64,000 nucleotides of DNA. It comes from Octopus sinensis. Its lineage: Eukaryota. Of this stretch, positions 39,045 to 53,032 are shown in pieces; within the stretch, counting starts at the first letter, position 1; each line of letters begins with the position of its first letter. The position numbers were made by a program, and so were the translations under genes. The DNA lies in the NCBI RefSeq assembly GCF_006345805.1, contig NC_042998.1:131936001-132000000 (forward strand), in the 5' to 3' direction. The notes below the pieces were generated by a model. The model was not told where the DNA came from, did not search any database, and saw only the letters and a program-made list of their open reading frames with translations.

Positions 39045-39395
39045 TCGAGTGCTGGGGCCGAGCTCTTTTCGAGTGTTGGGCCTCACGGAGTCAATGACCA
39101 ATGCCGTTGGCATTATGTCGTGCTTGAGAAGAAAACACATCAAACTGAGCAAAATCGCAGTCGTGGCAGATACCGGTGTCACGCAAATGGTACCCGTTCC
39201 GGTGGCACGTAAAAGCACACATTACACTTTCGGAGTGGTTGGCGTTAGGAAGGGCATCCAACCGTAGAAAACCATGCCAAACCAGACTGGAGTCTGGCGC
39301 AGCCTTCCAGCGTGCCATCCCAGTCAAACCATCCAACCCATGCCAGCAAGGACAACGAACGTTAAATGATGTTGTTGATGATGATGATGATGATT
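39045..39395 (+). mobile_element. SINE/retroposon with (GAT)n tail
   Basis: ggttggcgttaggaagggcatccaaccgtagaaaacc...aacccatgccagc...cgttaaatgatg(atg)n, a typical retroposon 3' end. Confidence 0.7.
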
Positions 39396-40958
39396 AAAAT
39401 ATTTTGTCTATTGCCGAAGTGTAACTTATTACATTGCACATAAATTTTAACATCAAACCTAAGAGTCATATAGACGCCGATTGTTAACCACAGCTCTACA
39501 CTGATACAATGTCAGGCCAGCAGAAGTGCAAGTCATTGCACTAGTGGGCATCCCAGCAAGCATTCTATAGTTGGTGGGTTTGTGATACAGTTACACGTAA
39601 TGTCGTTCAGAGAGATAATTATCGCTACAAAGCAGTAGGTGAGCAAAGACAGGCTGTAAGTCAGTTGCTACCGTTGATTGCATAGCAGTTTTAGTCTGAG
39701 GTTAAGGTTAAACTTTTTTTTTCTCACTTATGCTCGCTAAAGTGTAGAATTATGAATATCACCACGTCACAAGATGCCGTTTCTTCTTCCTTTGCAGCAA
39801 AAATAGTTTCATTTATTTATCTGGATCTTTTCCGTTTGGCCGCCAATTTCAATTTCTGTTCGAATTTATTTCCTATTCAGTGTAATAATACACTTTTATA
39901 GGCTAATCAATGCCATGAAAATCATTTTCGCTATAAATTAATAACTAAAGAGTTATTAAAGTTTAAAAATTTGGGGTAATTTTAGCCAATTGTAAGCCAT
40001 AGTCACATTCATGCCTCTTTCTATAGTAACAAGCCGAACACGAGAACTATTTTGTCTGTGAGGAGGCACGTGCTGACAAATATATTGAAACCACTTGTTA
40101 ACGCTGTGTTCTACTGTTTTACCCATATGAAATGCATATCGAATGCTTAAATGATTGTTTTCTTTAATATTTAATCCGGAACCATGATGCTGGTAAGCAA
40201 ACGTCTTACCACAATACTATGGAAGGTTATGGTATAAGAGACACAATCCATACGGCTCACCTTCTCATGGAGAGATATTGTGAAAAGAAATGATCGGTGT
40301 ACATGAATTTTTTTTTTCTATTGGACTTCGAAAAACTATTTTATCGATCTCACGCGGATTTATAAGGCTGGTTTTTTAGCAGTACGAGGGCTCCGAAGTC
40401 TACGTAAAGTGAATGTAAATGCATTACAAGATGTCATTAGCAATGTAAGATGCGTTCTGGAATCTCGTCACCTTTTGCTCTCCGTGCCGGGGTTCACCTG
40501 GGCTCCGCGCTAACACCAGAATCAAATAGAGAGTATTTCTTAGCTTGTTTTATTGCTCATATTTATATACAACTAAATTATACAAACCACAATTTTTTAC
40601 GATGTTCAGGCTCTAGTACAGATTTGTCATCAAAACATTTTTTCATTTTAAGTATGCAGCAAACAGATTGAGAACCACAGACATGATATAATGTACAGGT
40701 TCAATCAAAATAAAGATGCTTTTGATCGCAGAGCAGTCGTCTACAAATAATTTTTTTCCAGACTGTATTAAATATTCACATCGGCTGAACAACTAACTCA
40801 CGTCATGATCATAGTCATGTAATTTTCATCTTCAAATTTTTAAGTCTTTCACTAAGCAAGGAATTGGTTTCTAAGTATCACCGTTACATCACTGAAATAT
40901 AAACAACAACAACAGACAAGAAACGACTGACAATTAATTTCACTGTTTCTTTTGTCAG

Positions 40959-40984
40959 ATTGAATATACAAGAACAGGTGTTAG
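40959..40984 (+). other. Candidate 26-nt micro-exon
   Basis: CTGAC branch-like motif about 30 nt upstream, tttcactgtttcttttgtcAG acceptor, AG|GTACGT donor. Confidence 0.45.
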
Positions 40985-41218
40985 GTACGTTCTTGCTTAT
41001 ATATATTTTTTTAACTGAAAGCTCCCGATTTTTTAGGCCATTACATAAACGATTATTAATATAATCAATTATACTAGTAGTTATAGGTGCAAATACTAAT
41101 TTATAATCTGGGGAAGAAGTTGTAAATGCTAATTTTGAATGAAATATTCACATTCTCTGAGCAACTGACATGTATGTTTGTGTATTTATGTATGTATGCA
41201 TGTAAATATCTGAGTGGT

Positions 41219-41497
41219 GGAGGCGCAATGGTCCAGTGGTTAGGGCAGCGGACTCGCGGTCGGAGGATCACGGTTTCGATTCCCAGACTGGGCGTTGTGT
41301 GTGTGTTTATTGAGCGAAAACACCTAGAGGCGCCACGATGCTCCGGCAGGCGGGGGGGGGGCTGTTGTACTCTTTCGCCACAACTTTCTCTCACTCTCTC
41401 TTCCTGTTTCTTGAGTAACGTTGGAGGGAACACATACGCCACAGAAACCGGGAAACCGGGCCTATGAGCCTGGCTAGGCTTAAAAAGAGCGAAAAAC
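41219..41497 (+). mobile_element. tRNA-derived SINE family B
   Basis: Aligns with 22674-22985 (with an internal deletion); TSD atatctgagt (41206-41215 / 41500-41509). Confidence 0.9.
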
Positions 41498-42308
41498 ATA
41501 TATCTGAGTAAAATGTGTGTGTATCTTCGTGTGCTTATGTAGATTTATGCATGCATGCATGCATGTATGTACGTAAGTATGTATTATATATGTATGTATG
41601 TGTGTGAGTGTGAGCGTATGTGTGTGTGTGCGCGTGTGTATGTGTAATATGACGTGTGTAGTATGCGAAAAGAGTTGTAGGTCGATTTCGGGTCTGAAGT
41701 GACATATTGGCGGCTCACAGAGATCATATCTCAGAAAGCGACCTGATCAATCCAGTGGAAGGTTCAACTTCAAATCATACAGATCCGCAGCGGGATTGAA
41801 AACTCATGTGAAAGGTTATAAACGGAATGCTAGAAATTCAACTGACCATGAAGAAGTTCAGAAGGACGGCAATCAACTGTGAAGATAGAGTAATCACCAT
41901 ATTTATTTCTGTGCGTGCGTACGTGCGTATATTCCAAAGTTCCTCAGCTATTTATTTATTTATATTTTGGTTGCTTTGTTTCTATCTTTTACCAAACTCC
42001 AGCAAGCATAACTTCTTAGAAAAATGACTGATGGAGGTTCAGGGTCGCATTCTGCATCAAAAACAAGTAGTTGTACAGATGCTTGCATCCCGAGATTAGT
42101 ATGCCAAGATATATTAATTAGTTACTCTCGCATTAACGGAGAAAACAATACTGAGATGGAGATGAAGCCTCCATTTTGAACTGAGTCAAAGGAAGAGACT
42201 TTTATGTTAGCGTTTGATTTGCTAAATATAGCAGCCAAATCCCCTAGAACCTTAACCAAACGTCCACAAAAGGGAAGAACACATTCAATAATATAGTATT
42301 GGATAAAG

Positions 42309-42352
<44 letters not shown>

Positions 42353-43118
42353 AATAATGCGTGCTATTGTCAATGTATCAATGTGTATGTATAAGGTTTT
42401 GTGTGTGAGCTAGCGCGTGTATGTAGGATATGTATTGTATGTATGTATGTATGTATGTATGTATGTATGTATGTATGAGTGTGTTGTTCAAATATCATGG
42501 ATTACTATGGAAGAAGTGTGAGAAAGAGAGATAGGGGAGAGAGAGGAAGAGAAACGATGATAGAGAGAGGTTTCACTCGGCAGTGCCATGTCGTCATTTG
42601 GACTCGCCCACCAGTCGAAACGTATACACCGGACGCTTAAAGTGTAATCCATGCGGTATGTCACCATCAATCCTTTCCGACCCCTACCAATCACAACTCC
42701 ACCTTCACGAATAAAAATAATATAGGGGTCACAGGGAAAGAAAGTAAAAAAAAAATAGTAAAATAAATAAATACATAATTATATAAATGAATACAAACAT
42801 GTAGGCTTTTTGTGTATAAGGCGCAAAACTGTTGAGAAAGTCGGAAAAAAAAAAGGCGGTTCCACATGTGTAGTTATGAATGGGAATTATGGCGGTGATA
42901 AATTCTATTGTATGGGAAATGAAACAGCGCTGTGCTTATAGAAACTATTTTTTATTGCATTGAAAGCGTGATACATAGACAAATACATTAATATACAAAA
43001 GACGTACACATACACGCACACACACATACACACACACACACACTCTCGTACATATATAATATATTTATATACATATGCACGTGTATATGAGCATACATAC
43101 ATATATATAAATATATAA

Positions 43119-43210
<92 letters not shown>

Positions 43211-43317
43211 AATATATATATATATATCGTGACAGATAATAGAATACAATTTTACTATGGATGGATGGTTACATATCTAATGAAACAGTTTAACAGACCA
43301 ATAGAAATAACTAAAAG

Positions 43318-43369
<52 letters not shown>

Positions 43370-43374
43370 GGATG

Positions 43375-43449
<75 letters not shown>

Positions 43450-43462
43450 GGATGGATAGATA

Positions 43463-44703
43463 TGTTCTTTATTAGCCACACAGGGCTGCACACAGATAGA
43501 ACAAATTACAAGGTAGAGCTTTTCTTTTGAAGGTTTAAAAAAAATAAAATAAAAAATAAAAAAAATAAAAAATAAGAAAAAAATAAATAAAATAAAAAAT
43601 AAAATAAAAAAGGGGGGGTTGATCAAAAGGGATCGTAAAGGAGAGAAAGAGGACAAAAAAAAAAGGGGGGTTAAAAAAAGGGGGAGAGGAAAAAAATTGA
43701 TCAATAGGGATCGTTATCACAGAAATGTCAATATGAAGTGTAAAGGGGGGGGACAGGTGAGGTTTACCCGTGGAAAGAAAAGCCTACGGAAAAGACCACG
43801 GTAACCTCGGTCAATGAAGTCACATGTTATATTTCTTTTTTTTTTTTTTTTTTGCAAATAAGCAACTCTCTGTATTAATTTTTACGGTTCATAGAATCAT
43901 AGTCAAGGTGGCTTCGTCATTCATACGTGCCATTCTTGCTACATTCACCCATCTTTTTTTAAAACATTCACTAGACAAAACTTGCCTCTCTACTCTCACT
44001 TTTTTCTTCAAGTGATACTTGAAGAAGTGATGAGAGATTGACCAGAGAGGAAAGTGTTTGTCTCTAATCCTTTCAGACGCGTCCACCAGATACATTCTTT
44101 CGCCATAGCCACAAGTATGATAAAAATAGCTCTTCCTTCCCGTTTGAAGGAAGGAGCGTGACGATATTAACGATAGACTCGGCTGATAAACCGACACGTC
44201 CCACACGTGACAGCAGTCGTTCGACATAAGCCCACAGTGGGAAATTGCTGGACACTGCACGATTGCGTGCAGAGCGGTTTCGTCGCTCTGCCCGCATCTC
44301 GGGCAGTCGGCGGCCCCGTGTTTCTCGAGCCATGCCTATAGAGCTTATCCCGAACGGGTAGCGCTTCTCGGTAGCACCGCCAGGCCAGGGATCTCTGGAA
44401 GTTGTCCATAGGTCCGGGCCGAAAGTCGTTTGAAAACGGCGGTCAGGTATTCCTCGTCGACGCCCAGGTTTGCCCAGAGCTCGTCGTCGTACCTCCCCTC
44501 CACTAATCCCCTATAGAATGCTTTGTTGTGTTGAAGTCACTCAAGGTCGACCGGGACGGCAGAGTTGCTTGAGAGCAACGCGACACTCGCGGTGCCATTC
44601 GCCCTTCTTCGGCCTCTTTTTGATCCACGACTGTAGTTCGGTCATGGAGACGAGTTGCGGGAATGCGTGCCTCACAAACGGCGACCACACCTGTTCACCG
44701 TCA
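43463..44703 (-). mobile_element. 5'-truncated L1/Tx1-clade LINE (C-terminal zinc knuckle plus 3' UTR)
   Basis: Minus strand MDNFQRSLAWRCYREALPVRDKLYRHG / CPRCGQSDETALHAIVQC / LWAYVERLLS with frameshifts; AATAAA near the 3' end; (GATA)n on both flanks. Confidence 0.85.
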
Positions 44704-45430
44704 GATAGATAGATAGTGCTACAGGTGTGCAGTCAAACTACAAAATATGCAAATTGCTAAAATTACACGCATGTCTAAGAGATAGCTAAACAGGTTGGTA
44801 AAGGCAACAGCAAAATTTTAAATAACACAGAAGTTACGTAATCATTTCGAAAGACGCTATATTTCTACTGAGATGTACTTGCATAACAAGAGTTTTGATA
44901 TTAGATCGTGCTTCTGTTTTTTTTTAAACTGAAGCGATTGCAACGTGGAAGCTATAAACTAGCCAGTCAGAAAAACACAAAGGTCGTTAAAATCACTTAA
45001 GAATTTTTATTTTTTATTCTATTTTTAAAATTTTTTTTGTAAAACGGTGTCAAAGTTTTGTCGTTGAAAACTGCGATCTGTTCGCGGACTAAAAAAAAAA
45101 AAAAAAAAAAGAAATTGTGCTAATTTATTCTTTCACAGTCATTGGACTGTGGTCGGAATGGAGAGTAGCTTTTTAAAATATTCTCCAATGCAAGTAAGTT
45201 GTAACCATTTTATTGCCTGACATATTTTATGTACCTGAGAAGGGTGAAGCTTAAAGTTGACCCGAAAAGGAATTGAAATTAGAATGTAAAGGAACATAAG
45301 CAGGCATTACAACTTATTTTCATGAAACTTTATGCTATGCCATGCACTTGCTTTTAGTATAAGTAATAACTCTATATTCAAGCCACAACACTCGTACCTA
45401 CAACGTGTTTTAAAACAACTCTACGTATGT

Positions 45431-46117
45431 AGGCAGACACGGGTGCTTAGTTAAGAATCTCGCTTTGCAACCGCGTGGTTTCGGGTTCAGTTCTACTGCG
45501 CAGCACTTTAGGCAAATGTCTTGTATTATAGACCCAGGTCGATCAATGTTTTGTGGCTGAATTTTGGCAGACGGAAACCGCGTGGAAGCCCTGTGTGGTA
45601 AGTAGCTTGCTTACGAACCACATGGCTCCGGGTTCAGTCCCACTGCGTTACACCTTGGGCAAGTGTCTTCTACTATAGCCTCGGGCTAACCTAAGCCTTG
45701 TGAGTGGACTTGGTAGACGGAAACTGAAAGCCCGTCGTGTGTGTATATATATATATTATATATATATATATAATATATATGTGTGTGTGTATATATATAT
45801 GTGTGTATATATATGTATATATATATATATATTTATATGTATATATATATAATATTTGTATGTGTGTATGTGTGTGTATATGTTTGTGTGTCTGTGTTTG
45901 TCCCCCCAAAATCGCTTGATAACCGATGCTGTGTGTCTACATCCCCGTAACTTAGCGGTTCGGCAAAAGAAACCGATAGAATAAGTACTAGGCTTACAAA
46001 GAATAAGTCCTGGGGTCGATTTGCTCGACTAAAAGGCGGTGCTCCAGCATCACTACAGTGGAATGACTGACTGAAAGAGGTAAAAGAGTAAAAGAATATG
46101 TCTGTGTGTTGTGCGTG

Positions 46118-46148
<31 letters not shown>

Positions 46149-46453
46149 ATATATATATGTGTGTATATATGTATATATATATATTATTTATATGTATATA
46201 TATATATATTTGTATGTATGTATGTGTGTGTATATGTTTGTGTGTCTGTGTTTGTCCCCCCAAAATCGCTTGATAACCGATGCTGGTGTGTCTACATCCC
46301 CGTAACTTAGCGGTTCGGCAAAAGAAACCGATAGAATAAGTACTAGGCTTACAAAGAATAAGTCCTGGGGTCGATTTGCTCGACTAAAAGGCGGTGCTCC
46401 AGCATCACTACAGTGAAATGACTGACTGAAAGAGGTAAAAGAGTAAAAGAATA
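45431..46453 (+). mobile_element. Composite SINE family C (two heads, duplicated 3' half)
   Basis: Old head at 45431, younger head at 45591; 3' half repeated at a period of about 360 bp (45880-46098, 46235-46453). Confidence 0.9.
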
Positions 46454-46490
46454 TGTCTGTGTGTGTGTGCGTGTATATATATATATATAC

Positions 46491-46521
<31 letters not shown>

Positions 46522-46789
46522 TGTATGTATGTATGTATGTATGTATGCAACTATTACAGAATACTGTTGGTAGTTTATACTCTAGCTTCCTCTCTTTTCC
46601 TAATGCTTCTTCCAATTTGGCTCTACTTCGTATACTCCTTTTTTTTCTTTTTCTTGCTTTTGCCATTCTTTGCGGTCACTCGCAGTCTTCTCTCATGCAG
46701 TCGCAATCTGGTAACCCACTTCATTGAAATGTGGTGTCATGACATTCTTATATCAGTTCCGGGTGCCTCCTTCTTCGACGGCTTTCACA

Positions 46790-47260
46790 TCTATAGAGAA
46801 TATTTTCAACTTTGCTTTTCATCCTTTTGGGGTCGATAAAATAAGTTCCAGTTGAACACAGGGGTCGATGTAATTGGCTTATCTCCCCCCCCCCCGAAAT
46901 TGTTGGCCTTGTGCAAAAATTTGAAATCAGTATTTTTTTTTAATGTCTTCAGAGTGACGAGCTAGCAGAATCATTAGCACGCTAGGCAAAGTGCTTAGCT
47001 GTATTTCGTCCGTCTCTAAGTTCTGAGTTCAAATTCCGCCGAGGTCGACTTTTGCCTTTCATCCTTTCGAAGTCGATAAAATAAGTACCAGTTGAGTACT
47101 GAGGTCGATGCAATCGACTTATGACCACCACTACAATTACTGGCCTTGTGCCAATATTTGAAATCAACATTTTAAAAACCTCTGCTCTTCATTCTGAGTT
47201 TAAATCATATTGGGATTAACTTTGAATCTTTTCATCATTTCCGGAAGATGAATATTTAAG
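46790..47260 (+). mobile_element. Tandem SINE family A copies
   Basis: Family A bodies at about 46800-46935 and 46950-47170 plus a degenerate third. Confidence 0.85.
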
Positions 47261-48207
47261 TAAAATTGGAATATCATGGCTTCAGAACAATTCCCCATAT
47301 TTGCACATCTCCTCCTCCGCCTCCTCCTCCGCCTCCTCCTCCTCCTCTTCTATCTTTATCTCTGAAATGCTTAGCCTACTATCAATGTCAAAAAGCATCA
47401 TCATCATTATCACTAGCAGCAGCTGTATCCCCTTTATTGGTGTCTTTGTCATCATTGACATTGTTAACCATGATGATGGTTGTAGAGATGGGGGTGACGG
47501 TAGGCGCGGTGATGGTGGTGGTGTGTCTGGGGTCGGTGGTGGATGTAGTAGGGGCCGGTAATAGGGATGGAGTGGGATTGAAGGTGGGAGAGATGATGGT
47601 GGTGGTGGTGGTGGTGGTGGTGCTTGTAGTATTACTGTTATTGAAGCAGTTCTTGCTTTCGGTGCTGTAACAGCTGTTGCAGTAATTTCTTGCTGACATT
47701 TTTCATATACATTCCCTGATTACTGATGATTGCATGAGGTGGGAGGGCTATACGGAATTAGTATTTAGTAAAGGTACCACCATCACCGCCACCACCACCA
47801 CCACCACCACCACCACCACCACCATGAAAATCGCCTTCACCATTACTATCAGCATTATCATTATCAGCAACAACAACAACAACAACAGCAGCAGCAGCAG
47901 CAGCAGCACGGAATCATCTTCGAGGTCGTCAGTGTTGCTGTCGTGAATGTCATCGTTGTCTTCGATGTCGTGTCGTCATTGCCTTCGGCGTCTTCATATT
48001 GCAATATACAGGTAATTAGAAATAAATAATTGCAATGAAATCGAAAGTCACATACTCCCCCGCTCCCCCATTCTCCCACTTTCACTCTCTCTCTCTCTTT
48101 CTCTCTCTCTCTCTTTCTCTCTCTCTCTTTCTATCTCTCACTCATTTACTCGTGCTCTCTCTTTTCTCACCCTCATTTCTTTCCCTTTCTCTCCTTTCCT
48201 CTCTGTC

Positions 48208-48242
<35 letters not shown>

Positions 48243-48337
48243 TATTTCACTCTCCTCTCATTTGTTTCTCTCAATCTATAACATTTATATATTTTATTTT
48301 ATTCAGCTTATCGATCGAGGTTTGTAAGGATTTGATT

Positions 48338-48500
48338 CGGGACCGCCTTAACACATAACTCAGTTGGCAGTTGCCCAGGGCCGCATGGATCTAGGGGCTC
48401 AATTCTGACCAATTTATGTTGCGGTTTGCTGTCAATAAATAAATTTGGGCGCAGCACATTTATTTACCCAGCATCCTACAATGCTGCTATGATGGTTCTG
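48338..48500. mobile_element. Possible hAT-type MITE
   Basis: Degenerate inverted ends cgggaccgccttaac / gctatgatggttctg. Confidence 0.35.
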
Positions 48501-48554
48501 ATTTTCCTACCCAGTTCTCATCTTAAAATATAGCTATTGACTGAATTATCTACC

Positions 48555-49368
48555 CAAGGGCTTCCCCAAACTTTTTTGTCAGATACCCTTCATATAATAA
48601 AAATAAGCAAAAATACATTTCCATTCACCTCCAAACACAATATTATCAAATATCAAATTAGAAAGCAGTACTAATATTCCGGTGTTTAATACAAATTTGC
48701 TTGTGAAAGCAATCAGCAAACACTAAACGCAAGCATACCTTTATTGCTAGAATTACAAAGTAATGGTATCGATGGATTAGGAGGGCAGTAAGAAGATCAT
48801 GAATACTGAATTTCAGGTTTGTGAGTTTAAGCCGCAAATCACTACATTCTATGATCAAAGTGCTTCCCTGTTTGCTTAGTTAATAATCCGCGTGACTAAA
48901 CCCAGATTCTACCAAATACAAACTAGGAAAATCTAGCCAAACGGGCTCAACCGTTGTACAAGGGTTGGAGATAATTTCTAACAGTTTTTGATGATCCAGT
49001 GATAAGCCATTCCTTTAAATGTGAATATAGACTTTGATTCAAGATCGAAAGTCATATCAATAAATTCTTCTATAAGAAAGGTATCCAAATTTGAACTTTA
49101 CATTTCAACTTCAAATGGTAAAATAATCCATTCAGGAATTTCCAAGTTTGGAAGATCTTTGAATCGAGCTTAAGTGTCTTCTTACAAATTCTTACTGTGG
49201 TTTTTATCGATAAGCAGGTCATTATCCAAAACACTTTCTTCTACTCTAAAAGGATTTATCGATGCAAACTAGTAAATTCTCTCCCTGTCGACGCTTAAGC
49301 TTCTATCCATTCCTGCTAAAATTTGATTCACTCCCACGGGTCTATAGGGACTACTTTAAACTGTTCTG
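48555..49368 (-). mobile_element. hAT (Charlie/Buster-like) deletion derivative with transposase C-terminal remnant
   Basis: Minus strand RFKDLPNLEIPEWIILPF...DFPSLYLVESGFS...DLRLKLTNL resembles the hAT dimerisation domain; Charlie-like end caagggcttccccaaactttt. Confidence 0.8.
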
Positions 49369-49981
49369 ATCAACATATTTCAATACCAGAGTAGATACAT
49401 ATATCTACATCCTATACAGACGCACATAAATATATACATACACACACAGAGAGTATATTTATTTCATTATTTATCAATTATCTCAATCTGGATGCATGTG
49501 TATTTGTGTATGAGTGAAGGTGTGAGTGTGTGATTCTCTCACACTCTCACGCTGTGTGAGAATAAGAGTGAGAGAGAGAGAGAAGGGGAGAAAGAGAGAG
49601 TTATTGTTGTCTGACACTCGTGCTTTTCTGACAGAAACAGAAATTGGTGCAGGTGAAACCAGTACAATTGGCCATATTTGAAGACGACGAAAAAGAAACT
49701 AGCTTTGCCAGCACACTCACAGCGTGCATGCTTTGGGCCACAAGGATTCAATACCTGCATACAAGCATTCTGTTGTATAACGAATTTCCTGTCTTAGTCA
49801 TCTAAATAGTTGAAGTCATCACACAAGCACACAAACATACATACGCACATATATAGAATACATACATAGAGAGAATCGATGTTTATCCCATTAGTTTATA
49901 GTTTACATAACCTTTTTAGTTATTTGATAGATTTTACATGCACTTCGTGCGTATATTTATATGTATATTATATATATATAT

Positions 49982-50026
<45 letters not shown>

Positions 50027-50542
50027 AATATACATATAAATAGGTATGCGTGTGTGTACTGAGAAGCAAGCGAACAGGCTAATAATCGTCAGAAGGTTTA
50101 AAACATCAACTCCACTGCAGAGAGCAAGCTGACCCAATATATATCCACAGGCGATGGATGTTCTCTGCAGGTTACGATTTTTGATTTGCTTTAAGGGAGC
50201 AATGGTCATAGATCAATACAAATGCAAGGAAAGATGCAGTAGATAAATAAATACGATAAGGTAAAAAAAATCCAAAAATATCACAAAAAAATTAAAGAAC
50301 CAGAAAAATTTAAAAGTAAATAATAAAAACAAGGTTTATTAAAGGAAATGGATTCAAAGGGATATACTAATATAGAACTATTTTCTAAAAGCAGATAGGT
50401 TGACCAGTATAGCATCAATGTAGATGAATAAAAGAATAAATAAATATATAACGAATAAAGAATTTGATCTGTGAGAAGAGAAAGACATAAACGGAGAGCA
50501 AAAATTCCAAAAGGGATCGTGAAAATAAAACAAAAAAAAATT

Positions 50543-50611
<69 letters not shown>

Positions 50612-50612
50612 C

Positions 50613-50747
50613 AGGTTTCTTTATTAGCCACTAAGGGCCGAACGCAGAGGAGACAAAATACAATGTAGAGCTTTTCTTTTTGCAAATAGAAAAAAAGGAG
50701 AAAAATAAAATTCCAAAAGGGATCGTGAAAAAAAACAAAAAAAAATG
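50613..50747 (-). mobile_element. 3' end of the same L1/Tx1-clade family as 43463-44703
   Basis: ttctttattagccac...agggc...gacaaaatacaatgtagagcttttctttt aligns with 43465-43528; abuts (GATA)n on both sides. Confidence 0.8.
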
Positions 50748-50974
50748 ATAGATAGATAGATACATAATTTGTGCGGTTTCATCCAGCAAATACAGACGAA
50801 CAGGGTGCTAGAAGTAGGAGAGTTTTCCTTAAAAGAAAGTGTTTCATAAAACGCGAAATTCCAAAGTCTCAGAGTGTAATGTATTAAGTCCAGAATGGAG
50901 GTGACAGAATTACAGTTATTCCTTGGTAAATGTTATACCATCACCTCCATTCTTGGACTTACAGTATACATTTC

Positions 50975-51089
<115 letters not shown>

Positions 51090-51632
51090 ATTCCATTTAT
51101 CTTTCCATTTTCCATTTGCCAATTTATCTATTTACAGCTACTTGACTATTCTTTCATTCTTAGATTTTTTTCAATATCTTTTTTTCCCTCTCTCGCTCAC
51201 TTTCACTTTCACTCTCCTTCTCACTTCCTGTCTTTCTCTATTTGCGTCTCTCCCTCCTATATCTCACTGCACATCTATTACTAAGACAACAGTGCGAACA
51301 TACCTACTGTCTTCTGTGCAGGATATTGAACGAAACGTTGTCTCATCAAATCACAGCTGCTTTCGCGCTCTCCTTCTTACACCCTCTCACTCCTTCTTTC
51401 TTCCGCTCACACATTCACAGACTCATACACACGCACACACGCGCGCGCACACTCAAATGTATGCAAATATACATAGACATACATACATACATATACATAC
51501 ACACTCGTAAACACACACGCACACATATGTACATGTATGTCTGTATATTGATATATTTATATATGTACATGTATGCTGTATATTGAGATGTGTGTGTGTA
51601 TGTGTGTAATACATACATGAACATACACTTAT

Positions 51633-51679
<47 letters not shown>

Positions 51680-51837
51680 TATATGATGTTCCTTTTAATT
51701 ACCGTACATGCAGGTGAGACGAAATTGTCTGCCGATTGTCAACAGAATTCGATGACTCCTGACATTCCATCATTCACAGCAGATAATTGGTTTGACATTT
51801 CCCAACTACATCTGACAAAAAGATGTAGGTAGGTATG

Positions 51838-51932
<95 letters not shown>

Positions 51933-52058
51933 GTAATTGGAAAAATGAGAGGTAGTTATGTAAGTAGACATAGATCGATGCATTTAATGTGAGTGGGGCA
52001 GAGTGATGTGTTTCTCCATGTACATATATCTATGTATATATATATATATATATATTTA

Positions 52059-52098
<40 letters not shown>

Positions 52099-52309
52099 TA
52101 TATGAGAGAGAGAGAGAGAAAGAGGCGACATTAATACAATATATACCTATGTGAATACGCTAAATGTTTTTTAAAGACCAATTTGAAATTATTTTCTCAA
52201 CTGGGTATTCACTTGTATGAATTAGATATAATGTATCTTATAAATATGTATGCATGTAGATGTGTATATGTATGTATGTATGTATGTATGTGTATATATA
52301 TATATATAT

Positions 52310-52904
52310 ACAATTCATAAATGAGGGCAAAGGAAAAAATTTCTAATGCCAAATATGCCGAAAAATTGGACATATTGTCCATTAACCATATAATTTTTTC
52401 ACAATACGCACGCTACTCGAAGAAAGGTCGACAGAAATTTCTAAAAACTTCCATTATTACCATATCGGACCGATTTCAGAGTTAGCTACTAAGAGCCCTC
52501 TCTTCGGCAGTGATACATGTGGCAAAAGAAATAAATGAGATACTTACTCATACCCATGGATATGAGTAAGTATCTCATTTATTTCTTTTGCCACATGTAT
52601 CACTGCCGAAGAGAGGGCTCTTAGTAGCTAACTCTGAAATCGGTCCGATATGGTAATAATGGAAGTTTTTAGAAATTTCTGTCGACCTTTCTTCGAGTAG
52701 CGTGCGTATTGTGAAAAAATTATATGGTTAATGGACAATATGTCCAATTTTTCGGCATATTTGGCATTAGAAATTTTTTCCTTTGCCCTCATTTATGAAT
52801 TGTTTATAAATTTAACCGTTAAAGGTATTTTTTAATATGCTGGCCATTGATAAAATTTTTTTCGAGAAAATATTTTTTTCCGAAAAGAATTTTATCCTCA
52901 CATT

Positions 52905-52907
<3 letters not shown>
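52310..52907. mobile_element. Penelope-like element forming a 494-bp near-perfect palindrome (52310-52803) with decayed hammerheads
   Basis: 247-bp arms centred on CCA|TGG (52556/52557); core CCGAAGA...GAAA-TCGGTCCGA-TA at 52606-52650 and its mirror; homologous to 1801-2328; (TA)n flanks. Confidence 0.9.
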
Positions 52908-52967
<60 letters not shown>

Positions 52968-53032
52968 GTATGTATGTATGTATGAATATATAAGGCAATT
53001 TATGTATATATGTTGTGTGTGTATATATATAG

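Noticed and set aside
42601-42650. GACT/AGTC-GAAA-CG-TA-TACAC...GTGTA hammerhead-like pieces
   Set aside because: No CUGANGA core on either side, so no valid topology.
49640-49790. Exon-like open stretch (KLVQVKPVQLAIFEDDEKE...)
   Set aside because: No convincing donor or homology; more likely a decayed LINE remnant, and too weak to call.
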